Source: a bacterium UBP8_UBA817
GTDB taxonomy: Bacteria > Margulisbacteria > Marinamargulisbacteria > UBA817
Direction of reading: 5' to 3'
Length of the DNA: 64,000 nt
Assembly (NCBI GenBank): GCA_002296285.1
Contig: DBHX01000055.1
Coordinates: 297 to 64,296, forward strand
How positions within the stretch are numbered: position 1 is the first letter of the stretch; every line of letters starts with the position of its first letter. Both the position numbers and the translations under genes were made by a program. The notes under the pieces were generated by a model. That model was not told the DNA's origin, searched no databases, and was given only the letters and a program-made list of their open reading frames with translations. Shown here piece after piece: positions 18,928 through 30,600 of this stretch.

Positions 18928-21678
18928 ATGCGATTTTTTTATTTAATGGTATTGATGGTATGTTCATTGCAGTTTTCTCTTTTTTCAGTAACTGGGAATG
19001 TCAATGTTCAATTTCTACTTGGGGACAATGAGAATGGGGTGTTTGAGGGCACGTACAATATTACGTTTGGGATTTATCCCTCTCCAAATATGGAGGAGAG
19101 TCAGGCATTGTGGAAAGAAAGGCATGAATTAATTATTACTCAAGGGAAAGTAAGTCAAATTTTAGGAACCAAGACGGTTCTTGATTATCATCTATTTAAA
19201 TCGGATAAATTATACGTTGGGCTGTCGTTTGAAGAGTTGAGTGATCGCGTATTTGTTCCGCTGATTAGTGTGCCAGCGTCGGTGGTGTCCAAATATTCTG
19301 TGTATGCGCGTGAAATTGAATATACCGCGGATTGGATGAAGGTTAATACCCAAAATCAGAGGGTTGGCATTGGAATTACTCAAAACTTAACCGTTCCATT
19401 TCAAGTGATTGGATCGGCCAATATTACATCAGTGAATGCAACCGGGGAACTGCATAGTCCGGATGGCTATAATGTTCATCAGTTGGATTATTTGAAACTG
19501 GTTAATTTGGATGATTACTCGTTGTCGCCATTTGATTCTCCTTCGCGTACTTCAAATAATTCCCCAACCAAGGATGTTGTTTTTGTTACAACGTCTGGAA
19601 ATGTTGGGGTTGGCATTTATGTAACCGCTGATATTACGGAACAATTGCATGTCAGCGGGAATTTAAAGGTGGATAACGGCACGTTTAGTGGACAATCAAG
19701 CATGCATTTGGTGGGTGATGCGGGGAATGTCTTGACGGATCAGGATGGCCTGCAGTTGATGTGGGATTCAAATAAAGCGGTTTTTCGGGCGGGGTATTCA
19801 TCGGGAGGTAACTGGTCTATTGATCAAAATGGTAACTACTCAGCCGCCTTTGGGTTGGATAATGAGGTTTCAGGTCACTATGGGTTTTCTGCAGGGCAAG
19901 ATAATACGGTTAACACCATTCATGGCATTGCTTTTGGAAAAAGTAATCAGGTTGCCCATCGATTTTCTGGCATACTTAGTGGTGAAGCCCATCGTATTTA
20001 TGCAACAACGGATACCAATGGGGGGTATATGACCATTGCTGGGGGAAAGGATAATTCATTAACAGGTGATTATGGGTTTATTGGTGGCGGCAATGGCAAT
20101 CAAGTATTGGATGATTCGAAATATGCGTCCATTGTTGGTGGAAAATCCAACATTATTTATGGCTCATCTGATTATTCTGTGATTTTGGGTGGGAAAAATA
20201 ATAAAATTTATGGGGACTATTCCGTTGCGATGGGTAAAAATGCCCAAATAGGGTCTTCTTTAGAAGCTCATGATGGGGTGTTTATGTTTGCGGATAGTAC
20301 GGTTCAACAGGGAGCGACTTTGCGGAGTTATTACCCAAATCAGTTTTTGGTGCATGCCATCAATGGCATTCTTTTTGGACTCAGTGACTTTAATCATAAA
20401 GTCGATTTGGAGATTGATGAGTTTAAAACCTATCCTCCCTCCACTCAAACGGTTAAAGATCATACCATACGAACGGCTGGGGATATTGTGGCGGCGGATG
20501 AGAATGGTAACTTGGGGTATTTGGTGGGGGATGGGACCTACATTACCAATGTTTCCAGTTTATGGATGAGTAATAGTGCGGATAGTTCTGTTTATTTGGA
20601 TACTCAACGGGTGGGCATTGGTGCAGATAATAGTGCGGTTCCTGCAACGGCTATATTGTATTTAAAAGAGAATGCATTTCCATCGAATATTCGAATTGAA
20701 TCAGATTCTGCTGGGTTACTCGATGTTGGCGTAGATGGGGAAGATTCTGTGATTGAATCCAGCAATCAGTTGTTATTTAAACGATCTGGAACGGATATTT
20801 TTGAAATTACAAATAATAATGAGTTTTACTCCAAGGTTAATGTTGGAATCAATAAACCAAACCCTGAGCATGCTTTGGATATTGATGGGACGGTAAAAAT
20901 TACAGAGGGGTTGGAATCGGGTGGCCTAACCACCTCGGGGACCATTACGGCCAATGCTTTTGTCGGGGATGGATCTGGCATAACGGATGCTCAAGTTTCG
21001 TATATGGTCCCCGGTAGTGCTAGCGCTATAAGTGGGCAAAAGCATTTGGTGATGAGTAATGATGGGTTTGTGGCTATTGGGCAGGTGGCGCTTGATTATG
21101 CCAGTTCTTCATCGAGCAGAACCGTGGATGCATTGCTTCATGTAGGTGATGCGGGCTCAACGCAACTGAAACTTGAAAAAACAGGGGATGGACGATTTAC
21201 AACCATGACATCTGGGGCTCAATTTGATTTAACGTTTCATAACTATTATACGGATACAGATAATATATTTTCCATCAATTCGAAAAAAACTGATTCTCAA
21301 ACCTCATTGGTGATGGTGTCTGCGAAAGGGCATGTTGGGATATTGAAGGATCCGACAGCTGAGGATGCCTTGTCGGTGAGTGGCAATGTATCGGCCACGA
21401 CATTTTCAGGAAATGGTGAATATATCACCAATGTGCAATTGGATTCCGACCAAAGTACTCAAATTACGTTTAACTCGATCATAACATTCAAGGAAATGTT
21501 GAAGTTGGAGCCTCATAACCATAATGACCCTCCCTCATGTACAGCAGCGGACGTGGGTTCCATTTATTCGATTTATTCAGGGGATACTAATTCAGGGTCC
21601 GTGGCGATTTGTGCATGCATTGCGGAGGGGACTCGGAAAAACTTGATTGATAATACAAAAGATATTGCATGCCAGTAA
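18928..21678 (+). CDS. Secreted fibre-like protein of 916 aa, with YadA-head/Hep_Hag-like Gly-Asn beta-roll repeats and a Cys-rich C-terminus. It is the first member of the fibre array.
   Basis: A signal peptide and repeats of the form GGKxNxIxGxYSVILGG (aa ~290-440). Fibre-type motifs such as QRVGIGITQNLTVPFQVIG and GxxGIGT..P...L.V.G are present. The C-terminus carries 5 Cys (SCTAADVGSIYSIYSG...VAICACIAEG...IACQ). Confidence 0.7.
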   Translation: MRFFYLMVLMVCSLQFSLFSVTGNVNVQFLLGDNENGVFEGTYNITFGIYPSPNMEESQALWKERHELIITQGKVSQILGTKTVLDYHLFKSDKLYVGLSFEELSDRVFVPLISVPASVVSKYSVYAREIEYTADWMKVNTQNQRVGIGITQNLTVPFQVIGSANITSVNATGELHSPDGYNVHQLDYLKLVNLDDYSLSPFDSPSRTSNNSPTKDVVFVTTSGNVGVGIYVTADITEQLHVSGNLKVDNGTFSGQSSMHLVGDAGNVLTDQDGLQLMWDSNKAVFRAGYSSGGNWSIDQNGNYSAAFGLDNEVSGHYGFSAGQDNTVNTIHGIAFGKSNQVAHRFSGILSGEAHRIYATTDTNGGYMTIAGGKDNSLTGDYGFIGGGNGNQVLDDSKYASIVGGKSNIIYGSSDYSVILGGKNNKIYGDYSVAMGKNAQIGSSLEAHDGVFMFADSTVQQGATLRSYYPNQFLVHAINGILFGLSDFNHKVDLEIDEFKTYPPSTQTVKDHTIRTAGDIVAADENGNLGYLVGDGTYITNVSSLWMSNSADSSVYLDTQRVGIGADNSAVPATAILYLKENAFPSNIRIESDSAGLLDVGVDGEDSVIESSNQLLFKRSGTDIFEITNNNEFYSKVNVGINKPNPEHALDIDGTVKITEGLESGGLTTSGTITANAFVGDGSGITDAQVSYMVPGSASAISGQKHLVMSNDGFVAIGQVALDYASSSSSRTVDALLHVGDAGSTQLKLEKTGDGRFTTMTSGAQFDLTFHNYYTDTDNIFSINSKKTDSQTSLVMVSAKGHVGILKDPTAEDALSVSGNVSATTFSGNGEYITNVQLDSDQSTQITFNSIITFKEMLKLEPHNHNDPPSCTAADVGSIYSIYSGDTNSGSVAICACIAEGTRKNLIDNTKDIACQ

Positions 21679-21937
21679 TTTAACCATGGTATAAAATTTT
21701 TTTATCGAGTGATATGTTTGATTTTAACTGTGTGACTTATTTCATATCCTGCATTTTGTTTGTTGATTGCCAAAAAATGGATGATTCTGAGTCATTTTTT
21801 ACGGATTGGATGGATTTCGTTTGAGTTTTATTTTTTGTCAATTTCATCATGGCTATTTTTGTTGAAAACTAAGATGCTTTTTCCTTAAATTAATGTTTAA
21901 TCCCCTGAAAAAAAGGGAATAAAACAATGGTGAATTC

Positions 21938-24900
21938 ATGACATCTTTAAATCGGTTTTTATTTGGATGTGTTTTTTTTCTTATGCTGTGGGGCGGCCCA
22001 CAGGTTTTTGCTGAGCGATTTTATTCCATTAATAATACCTTGCCCTCAAATGTGGTCATATCTGGGGTGATTCATCCGGATGATGAGAGGACTTACAATG
22101 GCGAATATGAGGCTTTGTTGGAGTTTTTTAACGACGATGGGAGTGCCCCAACCGTTAATGTCACAAAACAAGTGACATTTCATCAAAATTATTTTCGAGT
22201 TCAAGTGGATTTGGTGTCCATTTTACATTCCATGTTTTTACATCGAAAAAAAATGTTTGTTCGCTTGAGCATTGATGATGTCAATATTACGTTGCCATTT
22301 GCATCCGTTCCAGTCACCATTAAATCGGGGCTGGCCACAACCACCAATCGAATGATTGACGATAATGTGATGTCAATTGACTATGATCAACAACGGATTG
22401 GCATTGGTACCAGCGTTCCTTCGAGTACGGTGCATGTGGTTGGCACGGTGAATGCCACTGAGTTTTTTGTGGGTGATGGATCACAATTAACCAACTTAAA
22501 GTATGCCGGTGGGGATAATTATAATTTTTTAAAATCTCAAAACGGTGAGTTTGTGGTTATTACCGTGAATGCCATTGGAAAAATGATGGTGGGAGGTCGC
22601 ATGGGGGTGGATATTCCAAAATATGATTTGCAAGTGTATGGATCGTTGCTTGTTGAACCCAACGAAAGGGTGTCTTCGGACATTATTTCGGGCGCTGGTT
22701 CTCGGTGGATGTGGTATTCTGATCGATCAGTATTGCGAATTGGGTATACGCCGTCTATCTACTGGGATGACGCCTACAGTGGGGATGACTCCATTGCGTT
22801 TGGGTATGCCACCATCGCGCAAGGCAATCATTCCATTGTTGGTGGAGGGTATTACAACTTGGCCCAAGCCGATTGGGCGGTCATTGCTGGAGGAAGTGAT
22901 AATATCATTCGTGGTGAACAGGGGATCATTTTGGGTGGTCAAAAAAATACCATTCGTAGTGAATCATCCATTATTTTGGGTGGTCTTGATAATATTGCCA
23001 GTAAAAATGCCGTTGTGCTGGGTGGGTTTGACAACGCATCCTTTGGTGTTGGTGGGGTTGTTTCCGGATATAGAAATTTTTCTTCTGGTGAGGAAATTCT
23101 GATTTTGGGTGGAAAAAATAATACGGGGTTTGCTCCGAAATCGTATTTAATTGGATCCAACATCACCACTTTAGAAGAGCATTCCCACTCCCTTTTGATT
23201 AATGCCTCAAATACATCCGATGAATCGGTGGTTTCCAGTCATATAAAAATTAAGGCGCCTGCTGGGGTTGGTATTGGTACCAATGAGACGCTTTCAAATG
23301 GATTAACCATTCAAGGTGCGGTGTCGGCAAATATGCTTTATGGTGATGGGAGTCAAATTCAAAATTTGAAAAATCCACAAAGTGCATGGACCCCACACCC
23401 ATTGGATCCGAATTTTTTAACTTATCCTCATCGATTGGGCGTGTTAACGCGTGATTTATTGGAGTCGTTGAATGTTAGTGGAAGCATTCATTTGTCTGGG
23501 GTTGCTCAACCCGATGCTGGGACCATTCGTTATGAGAATGATGATTTTTCTGTGTATAAAACAGGAATTGGTTGGGTCAGTTTGACAATGAGTGATACGG
23601 ATACCACCTACAATGCAATAGAGAGCATGGTGTTGGATGATTCAAATTTGACGTTTTATATTGCAACTCAAAATGCCATCATTGGACAGGTAAAGAAGTG
23701 GAATGGGCAATATTGGGATCATGACTATTTGGATCAATTTATTGAAGAACCTGAATTGTCGAGATTTAATGATGTGAGCTTGCCCAAACGGTTGTATTTG
23801 CCCACCGGTGATGTGGCCATTAATTTGGGTGTTGACCCTTCAAATTTAACCCCGTTTAATGCGCCATTTACAGTAATTACAAAACCGAATAAATCAACAG
23901 GGCTCTATTTATTTGACAATAATTCTGATAGTGAAAAGATGATTTCACTGTCCGTGTCTCCACCAGGACTTCACTTTCAGGCCTATTATGATGGGGGCAT
24001 GTTTCGACAGACCAATCAAGATGGCGGTGGCATTGTTCAACATGGCAATACCTTATCGATGTATGTGGATGATGCGACCGGTGTGGCGGTGAATGGGCTG
24101 TCCATATCGTCAACGAATATTCGAATTTTTGAGGGGGATTTTAATGATCCCTCGGTTCCTTTTTATGTGGGGGGTGATATGACATCAAAATCGTTTGTAT
24201 TTCATACAGACCTAGACGGTGTTGGTATTTATTTGAGAGCGCCGTATATGCAAAATAATAATGATCGATCGGTGTTGTTTCACCAAAAAAATGATGGGGA
24301 ACTATTTATTCAATCGGTGGATCAGAGCGGTGATATGATTTTTCGGAATTACCAAGGCCAAATGGCTGTTCTTCGATCATCCACGAATGGGAAGACCAAG
24401 TTTGGGCTTACCAGTGGATCGGTACGATCAGGGCTTGATATTGAAATGGGCGATACCCACGTTTCCGATGGGTATGGGATTCAATTTAACCAACAATCGG
24501 TAAAAAAATCAGGCATTACGTTTGATTCGTCAGATTCAAAAAGAATTCAAATTCATACATCATCTGAATTTGATGTCCCAAATGTTGAAGTCTCTGAGTT
24601 GGGCAACGTTGGATTTAATGGCCCGGTCAATGATGCCCATGATTTGGTGGTTAATGCCGTGTCAGGTCGTCAATCCATTGTTCAAATTGATACGGTTGCG
24701 GCACAAAATCCGGGATTATTGCTGCAATCCGATGGGGTGGCTGGCGATAGTGACGATGGTGATTTTTCGGATCTTCGAGAATCTTACTTCTTTGGATCAA
24801 GTGGCGATTCATTAACGCTAAATGAAGGTGATAAGTCGGCCATGATGATTTCTCAAGATGGGTATGTTGGCGTGTATGATTTAACCCCAACATCGGCCTT

Positions 24901-27664
24901 ATCCATTGGTTCCGATGTGGTTATGCTGAATCAGTCTGGGGTTTATATGAAAGACTCTGATGGGACCAGTGCGCCGTTGATTGTGATGAATGATGATACC
25001 GTGCAATTAAAATCATCCAATAACTTGCAACTATTTGATTCGAATGGGTTCATTTCATTGAGTATCAATAACTCTGGGGTGGCCATTAATCGCCATAAAT
25101 TACTGACCCAACTTAATGCGCAGCCGATTGGGCTTGAAGTCAGCGGTTCGGTGATGATTAATGGGGACATTTTTAATTCTATTGGTGATAAGATTTTTCC
25201 ATTGGATGTTTCAAATGTCGAGCGGACGACCACTGCATCAATGATCAATACGATTCACATTGATACTGCATCCGGACTTACATTGGAGGGTGACAATTTA
25301 GCGAATAAGTTAATTGTTAAAGGTGCAGGGTATTACAATCGAATTAAGTTACCGAATGGAGATATTTTATCAGCCACTAAAAATATGGACCTTCGACTGG
25401 TTGGGCGAGGGATTACCGTGACCTCAAATAATTATGAGGACCAAGGGACGCTTGCTGTTAATGACACCCTAAAATTACTTAATGATTTAATTTCTGGTGG
25501 TGAAATTAAAAGAGATTTAACCGTTCAGGGAAATTTTCGTCTGATCAATGATAAGATCTACGGGAATGCGGCTGGTTTAACCAATATTCCATTTCATTGG
25601 CAGCATGTGACGCGCAATAATACGACCATTCCTGATTTGCCAGGGGCGCATCCAGATACGTATTCGGATGAAGGTGAAATTTATTACATGCTTGGTAATG
25701 TTGGGATTCATACCCATGCGCCATCCACACTTTTTGAGGTGGTTGGGACATCGTCGATTAAGGAATTGATTGTGCCAACAAAATTACTGGTGTCAGATGT
25801 TGTATCAACAGGCAATTTATATTTTGATGCGGCAAAAAAAATGGCGTTTAGATCCAATCAAGGGAATATTATTTTTGGGCGAAATGCAGCGAGTGAGTCC
25901 CTTCCAAATTTTTCTCCTTGGATGATGTTCACCGAGGATTCTCAATGGCTCATTGGTACAAATTATTCGAATTATCTCATCGATATTGGTAAAGGTAGTG
26001 CGAATGATGAAACTGAAGTGCGTATTGAGTCAGATCCTGGCATGCAGATTGATTTTAATCGGCGATTATCTGATGTGTGGCTTCAATTGGGGTATGATGA
26101 TACGGGGGCACGTTTTGATCGAACGTTTGATAACGCTAATATTCAAGTCAGTGCCTCAAATTCCATGGGATTTTATACCAATCATTCCACCAATTCCATT
26201 TTTATGAGCGAGAATGGTCATGTTGGTATTTTTACCAATCAACCGAAAAATTCATTGGATATCAATGGCGAGATGTCCATCGGGTATGAGGTTCAAGCCC
26301 CACCCAATGGGTTGATTGTAAAACGTTTGGTGGGGGTTGGTATGAATCCAGAGAATTTACCGCTTTATCCATTAGAGGTGAGTGGGTCGGTCATTGTTGG
26401 TGAACCGTATGTTGCTGGCATTTCCTCTGGTTTTTTTATTAATGGTGATGGGTCTTATCGATTATTTGTTGGTGGTGATCCCATCGGTAGTGAAAAGGTG
26501 TTTTTTAATAATCATTTATCCATCAAAGATGGGGCACTTTATATTCGTGAAGGGATTGATGCTGGAACTGAAATTATTCGTGATAGTACCACGGCCAAAG
26601 TGGATCAATGGAATCAAGTGGAAGCCAGTAAAGGGTTAAAAATTAATGCCACCAAAGATATGTCATTTAAGACGTTTGATGGTTCTCAATGGAATGATGA
26701 ACTGGTGATTAATTCTGTTGGCCAGTTTGGCATAGGAACGGTTCCAAATCAACCACTCCATATTTTTGATAATGATAATGATGTGAGTGTTAAGATCAAA
26801 TCAAGCAGTGAATCTTTGATTCATTTAAGATATGACAGTTATCAAGCCATGATTGGAACAACGTCTGACGGCTTTCAAATAAAGACCAATTCGTCGTCAT
26901 TTGCAAATTCTGAATTAACGATTGTTCAAAATAAAGTGGGGTTTAATCAAAGTAACCCTGATTCAAATTATAAAGTTGAGGTTGGTGGAACGGTGAATGC
27001 CATGGACTATTGGATTAAGGATCAATACACGGCATCTGGGTTTCGCTCGTTTCAAACGGTTCCAACCGGTGTGGTTGTTTTGTGGTTGGGCACAGGTACG
27101 CTTCCTACGGGATGGGCCGAATGCAATGGGTCCAATGGGTGTCCCAATATGGCGGATCGATACGTTAAAGGATGGGATGGTTCATCATCAAATTTGCAAG
27201 GATTTGGTGGTTCAAACGATGGGGTGTTATCGGCCACAACCCATGATCATACCAGCGCATCGCATTACCACCGATTAACCAGCCCCGGCCATTCTCATGC
27301 CGTCAATGTTGATAATCATCGAGTGAATACCCATTTAAATAATGATAATGCGTATCGTGATGGGGCGGATACTACGGGTAGTAGTTACACTATTTTGACT
27401 GATTTAGGTAGTCATCGGCATTCATTGGATTATACCCACAACCACAATGGGATTACCTTTACCGGTGGTGTGCATGGTGCTAACCATAATGACTCTGATT
27501 CGGAATCTCATGGCCATGGTGGATCCAATGCCAGTTCGTCTGATACCAAGACGGTAGGGACGGGTAGCAATGCACTGGGAAATAACGGGGATCAGCATCA
27601 GCACACATTTGATAACAAACCTCAGTCAAGGTATGTTCGGTTTATCGTAAAGGTGGATGAGTAA
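21938..27664 (+). CDS. Giant secreted tail-fibre-like protein of 1908 aa with a C-terminal phage tail-collar domain that contains His-rich HxH inserts.
   Basis: A signal peptide, the fibre motif QRIGIGTSVPSSTVHVVG...FVGDGSQLTNL, and a Gly/Asn beta-roll repeat block at nt ~22790-23160. The C-terminal collar domain (nt ~27058-27661) reads VVLWLGTGTLPTGWAECNG...RYVKG... followed by multiple HxH motifs and ends ...DNKPQSRYVRFIVKV. Confidence 0.78.
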   Translation: MTSLNRFLFGCVFFLMLWGGPQVFAERFYSINNTLPSNVVISGVIHPDDERTYNGEYEALLEFFNDDGSAPTVNVTKQVTFHQNYFRVQVDLVSILHSMFLHRKKMFVRLSIDDVNITLPFASVPVTIKSGLATTTNRMIDDNVMSIDYDQQRIGIGTSVPSSTVHVVGTVNATEFFVGDGSQLTNLKYAGGDNYNFLKSQNGEFVVITVNAIGKMMVGGRMGVDIPKYDLQVYGSLLVEPNERVSSDIISGAGSRWMWYSDRSVLRIGYTPSIYWDDAYSGDDSIAFGYATIAQGNHSIVGGGYYNLAQADWAVIAGGSDNIIRGEQGIILGGQKNTIRSESSIILGGLDNIASKNAVVLGGFDNASFGVGGVVSGYRNFSSGEEILILGGKNNTGFAPKSYLIGSNITTLEEHSHSLLINASNTSDESVVSSHIKIKAPAGVGIGTNETLSNGLTIQGAVSANMLYGDGSQIQNLKNPQSAWTPHPLDPNFLTYPHRLGVLTRDLLESLNVSGSIHLSGVAQPDAGTIRYENDDFSVYKTGIGWVSLTMSDTDTTYNAIESMVLDDSNLTFYIATQNAIIGQVKKWNGQYWDHDYLDQFIEEPELSRFNDVSLPKRLYLPTGDVAINLGVDPSNLTPFNAPFTVITKPNKSTGLYLFDNNSDSEKMISLSVSPPGLHFQAYYDGGMFRQTNQDGGGIVQHGNTLSMYVDDATGVAVNGLSISSTNIRIFEGDFNDPSVPFYVGGDMTSKSFVFHTDLDGVGIYLRAPYMQNNNDRSVLFHQKNDGELFIQSVDQSGDMIFRNYQGQMAVLRSSTNGKTKFGLTSGSVRSGLDIEMGDTHVSDGYGIQFNQQSVKKSGITFDSSDSKRIQIHTSSEFDVPNVEVSELGNVGFNGPVNDAHDLVVNAVSGRQSIVQIDTVAAQNPGLLLQSDGVAGDSDDGDFSDLRESYFFGSSGDSLTLNEGDKSAMMISQDGYVGVYDLTPTSALSIGSDVVMLNQSGVYMKDSDGTSAPLIVMNDDTVQLKSSNNLQLFDSNGFISLSINNSGVAINRHKLLTQLNAQPIGLEVSGSVMINGDIFNSIGDKIFPLDVSNVERTTTASMINTIHIDTASGLTLEGDNLANKLIVKGAGYYNRIKLPNGDILSATKNMDLRLVGRGITVTSNNYEDQGTLAVNDTLKLLNDLISGGEIKRDLTVQGNFRLINDKIYGNAAGLTNIPFHWQHVTRNNTTIPDLPGAHPDTYSDEGEIYYMLGNVGIHTHAPSTLFEVVGTSSIKELIVPTKLLVSDVVSTGNLYFDAAKKMAFRSNQGNIIFGRNAASESLPNFSPWMMFTEDSQWLIGTNYSNYLIDIGKGSANDETEVRIESDPGMQIDFNRRLSDVWLQLGYDDTGARFDRTFDNANIQVSASNSMGFYTNHSTNSIFMSENGHVGIFTNQPKNSLDINGEMSIGYEVQAPPNGLIVKRLVGVGMNPENLPLYPLEVSGSVIVGEPYVAGISSGFFINGDGSYRLFVGGDPIGSEKVFFNNHLSIKDGALYIREGIDAGTEIIRDSTTAKVDQWNQVEASKGLKINATKDMSFKTFDGSQWNDELVINSVGQFGIGTVPNQPLHIFDNDNDVSVKIKSSSESLIHLRYDSYQAMIGTTSDGFQIKTNSSSFANSELTIVQNKVGFNQSNPDSNYKVEVGGTVNAMDYWIKDQYTASGFRSFQTVPTGVVVLWLGTGTLPTGWAECNGSNGCPNMADRYVKGWDGSSSNLQGFGGSNDGVLSATTHDHTSASHYHRLTSPGHSHAVNVDNHRVNTHLNNDNAYRDGADTTGSSYTILTDLGSHRHSLDYTHNHNGITFTGGVHGANHNDSDSESHGHGGSNASSSDTKTVGTGSNALGNNGDQHQHTFDNKPQSRYVRFIVKVDE

Positions 27665-30600
27665 TGCTTAAGAAGATCCTATGTTTGTTAAGCTTATTAT
27701 TTATTGCAAGCATTGCGCGGCCCATTACATTTCAATTGTATGTATATGATACGGCCAATCAAGAACCCTTGAATACAACAGATGTTGTGGCGATTCAATC
27801 GTCGTTTGTTGATGCGAATGGTGTTGTTTATTTTGAAACATCCCAAGATCAGCAAGTTTCCAATGGGATTTTACATATGACACTTGACTTGGATCTAAGT
27901 GATGGCTCTCAATTAATGGCATTTGATCAACCAGGAATGCAAATCAAAGTGAATTTATTGGACGATGAGCTTCTTATGCCATTGGAATCCATGCCATTAT
28001 CGATTGGTTCAAACTTGTCAGACCGAACCTTTCAAATTAATGATCCCGATTTAATGACCATTCAATACAATGAGGGGGTTGTCAATATTGGTGGCGGTCG
28101 ATCCACTGAAAATGCGTTGCATGTTAATGGGGTGCTTACAGCCGATTATTTTAAAGGGGACGGTGAATTTATTTACAATGTTGTGGGGTCTGGATTTAAT
28201 GATGATCACTCATTGGAACGAAATTTTTCCCGGTCTTGTCCTCCAAATGTGTCACGGCCCGAGTGTTCTTATGGAAATGATGTACTTTATATTAGTTCAA
28301 ACCCATTTGTTGGTATTAATACAACGCAGCCAAAAATGTTGTTGGATATGGTTGGGACGGTGTTATTTACCAAGGGACAAGATAATGTTGGTGGGTTGAC
28401 CTTTCCTTTGAAAAAGCATCAATCACTCATGGCCTGGGATCATAGTTCTGCTGCGTTTAGAGCAGGGTATGTTAGTCGAGATGCGAGTGTCTCGGCGGAG
28501 GGCTTTTCTCGTTCATCCGTTTCCATTGGTCGTGATGTTTTTATTTCTGGTAGAAATTCATCGGTGATTGGGGGGCAGGGGCATGATATTTCTGGGAATT
28601 TTTCATCCATTTTAGGTGGGGAACAAAATTCGGTTACGGGTAATTATTCTGTATTGGTTGGAGCTCGTTCAGATCAAATTCATAAAAGTTATGTATCTAC
28701 CATTGGTGGTGAAAGCAATATTGTTTCTTCAAACTATTCGGTGCTGCTTTCATCGAGTTTTAATACATTGGGTGGGGAGTATATTACCATTATGGGTAAA
28801 AATAACTTGGTGAATGGGGAGTCTGTATTTGTCTATGGCGATAATAATCAAATCAACTCAAATCACACCATTGTGATGGGGAACTCATCTTTGATTAATC
28901 ATGATAATTCTTGGGTGGTGAATGTGTCTTCAACGGTATTGGCTCAAACAACCAACCCCAATCAGGTCATTTGGATGGCCGATCAGGGAGTATCAATTAA
29001 TACCGATGATTATTCTGAATCATTGGTGGTTGGAGGGGATCTGATGGCGAGTATGATTTATGGTGACGGGTCTCAACTGACCAATGTATCTGCGGTAGAT
29101 AAATATTGGTTAATGGTTGACAATATCATGACCAATGAAAACTATTCATTGGGCATCGGTACATCGTTGAAGCGAAACAATCGAATAAATCTAAGGTATG
29201 GATTAACGTTAAGTTCTGATGGTTCCACTCGTCCGGGCACAATGGCCTATGAACATGGGGATTTGATTGGTTATGGGGAAACGGCAACGCATTCATTATT
29301 GGTTCAGGATACCGATACCGTTTACAACGTTAGTTCTGAATTTTTAAATGATAATAATGTGTTGTATTTGTCGACAGCAAATGCAATGGCGAATGACTAC
29401 CTTGTGTTTACTGGTCAAGCTTGGGAGCCAAAAGTAAAATCACTATGGGTTGATTCATCATCATTTTTGTCGTATTCAAGACCGGTTTCTTTATGGAAAA
29501 ATCAATCGTATTTTGGTCGTCTAACGATGGCTCATCCAACATTAAATCACATGGTTTTTTCGGATGCGACGCATACCCAAGGCATGTCGTTGAATGTTGC
29601 CGGTCTAAAGGACAACAATCAAGTATTTGCATTTGGGTTTAATATCAAGGATATTGAGGAAAAACAGCCGTTTAATGTGCTGAATGATTCGTTTTTATTT
29701 CACTTTGATTCACTCAATGGTGGTATTGTGATTCAAAATTTAACCAATTCGTTAATGGAAATTGACCGATACACAGACATTAACTTTTTTGATCATGCTG
29801 GTTTGATGGATATTAATATTCCAACAAAAACAAGGGTTGAAAGTATTGTGATTGATGATGGGGATGATTCAGAAATGGCGCATGTTAATTTTATTGATGA
29901 CCCATTTATTTCGGTGAACTCAGCGGGTCGAATACGGTTTCAAACACCTGAAACGGCCACGATTAATTTGCGTATATTACCACCGACTTATGACTCGCTG
30001 TTGACTCAAACCCGCTTGCAAGTTACGGATCGCTCTGAAGTCATATTATCCCATCAAGATGGTTTTTCTGTGGGGCAACCAATGTTAACCATACCTGAGG
30101 GGAATATGCTTATTGATGTTGGCTATGGCATTGGTGTATTTGACTCTGATGGATCAATGAAAACAGGGGGGCGAATTTTTTCGGATGCGGTGGTATTTAC
30201 ACCCGACTCTTCTGGATTAAATCGTGTTTATTTTCATGATATTGGGTTTGGGGTTCGCACAACGCCGGATCAATTGGTTGTGATTCAAGATAATGATGTT
30301 AGCATGTTGGTGAAAAAATCGCCACAAGATGATGCCAGCTCCTTGGTATTTTCTAAACAGATGCTCCCAAAATGGACCATTCAATCGGGTGCTGAGTTGG
30401 GCGCATCGACGTTGGTTATTCGTAATGCCCAGGCCATAGAGATACTAAAAATGAATCAAAAGATTCTGATTAATTCACCCAATTCACCATCAAAAGAAAT
30501 TAGTATGAATGGAAATCTTACGATCATGGATTCAAATCTTCAGTTAACGCCAATGAGTGGTTCAGATAATCCAACAAATGCCATTCCGTTTGTTTTTATT

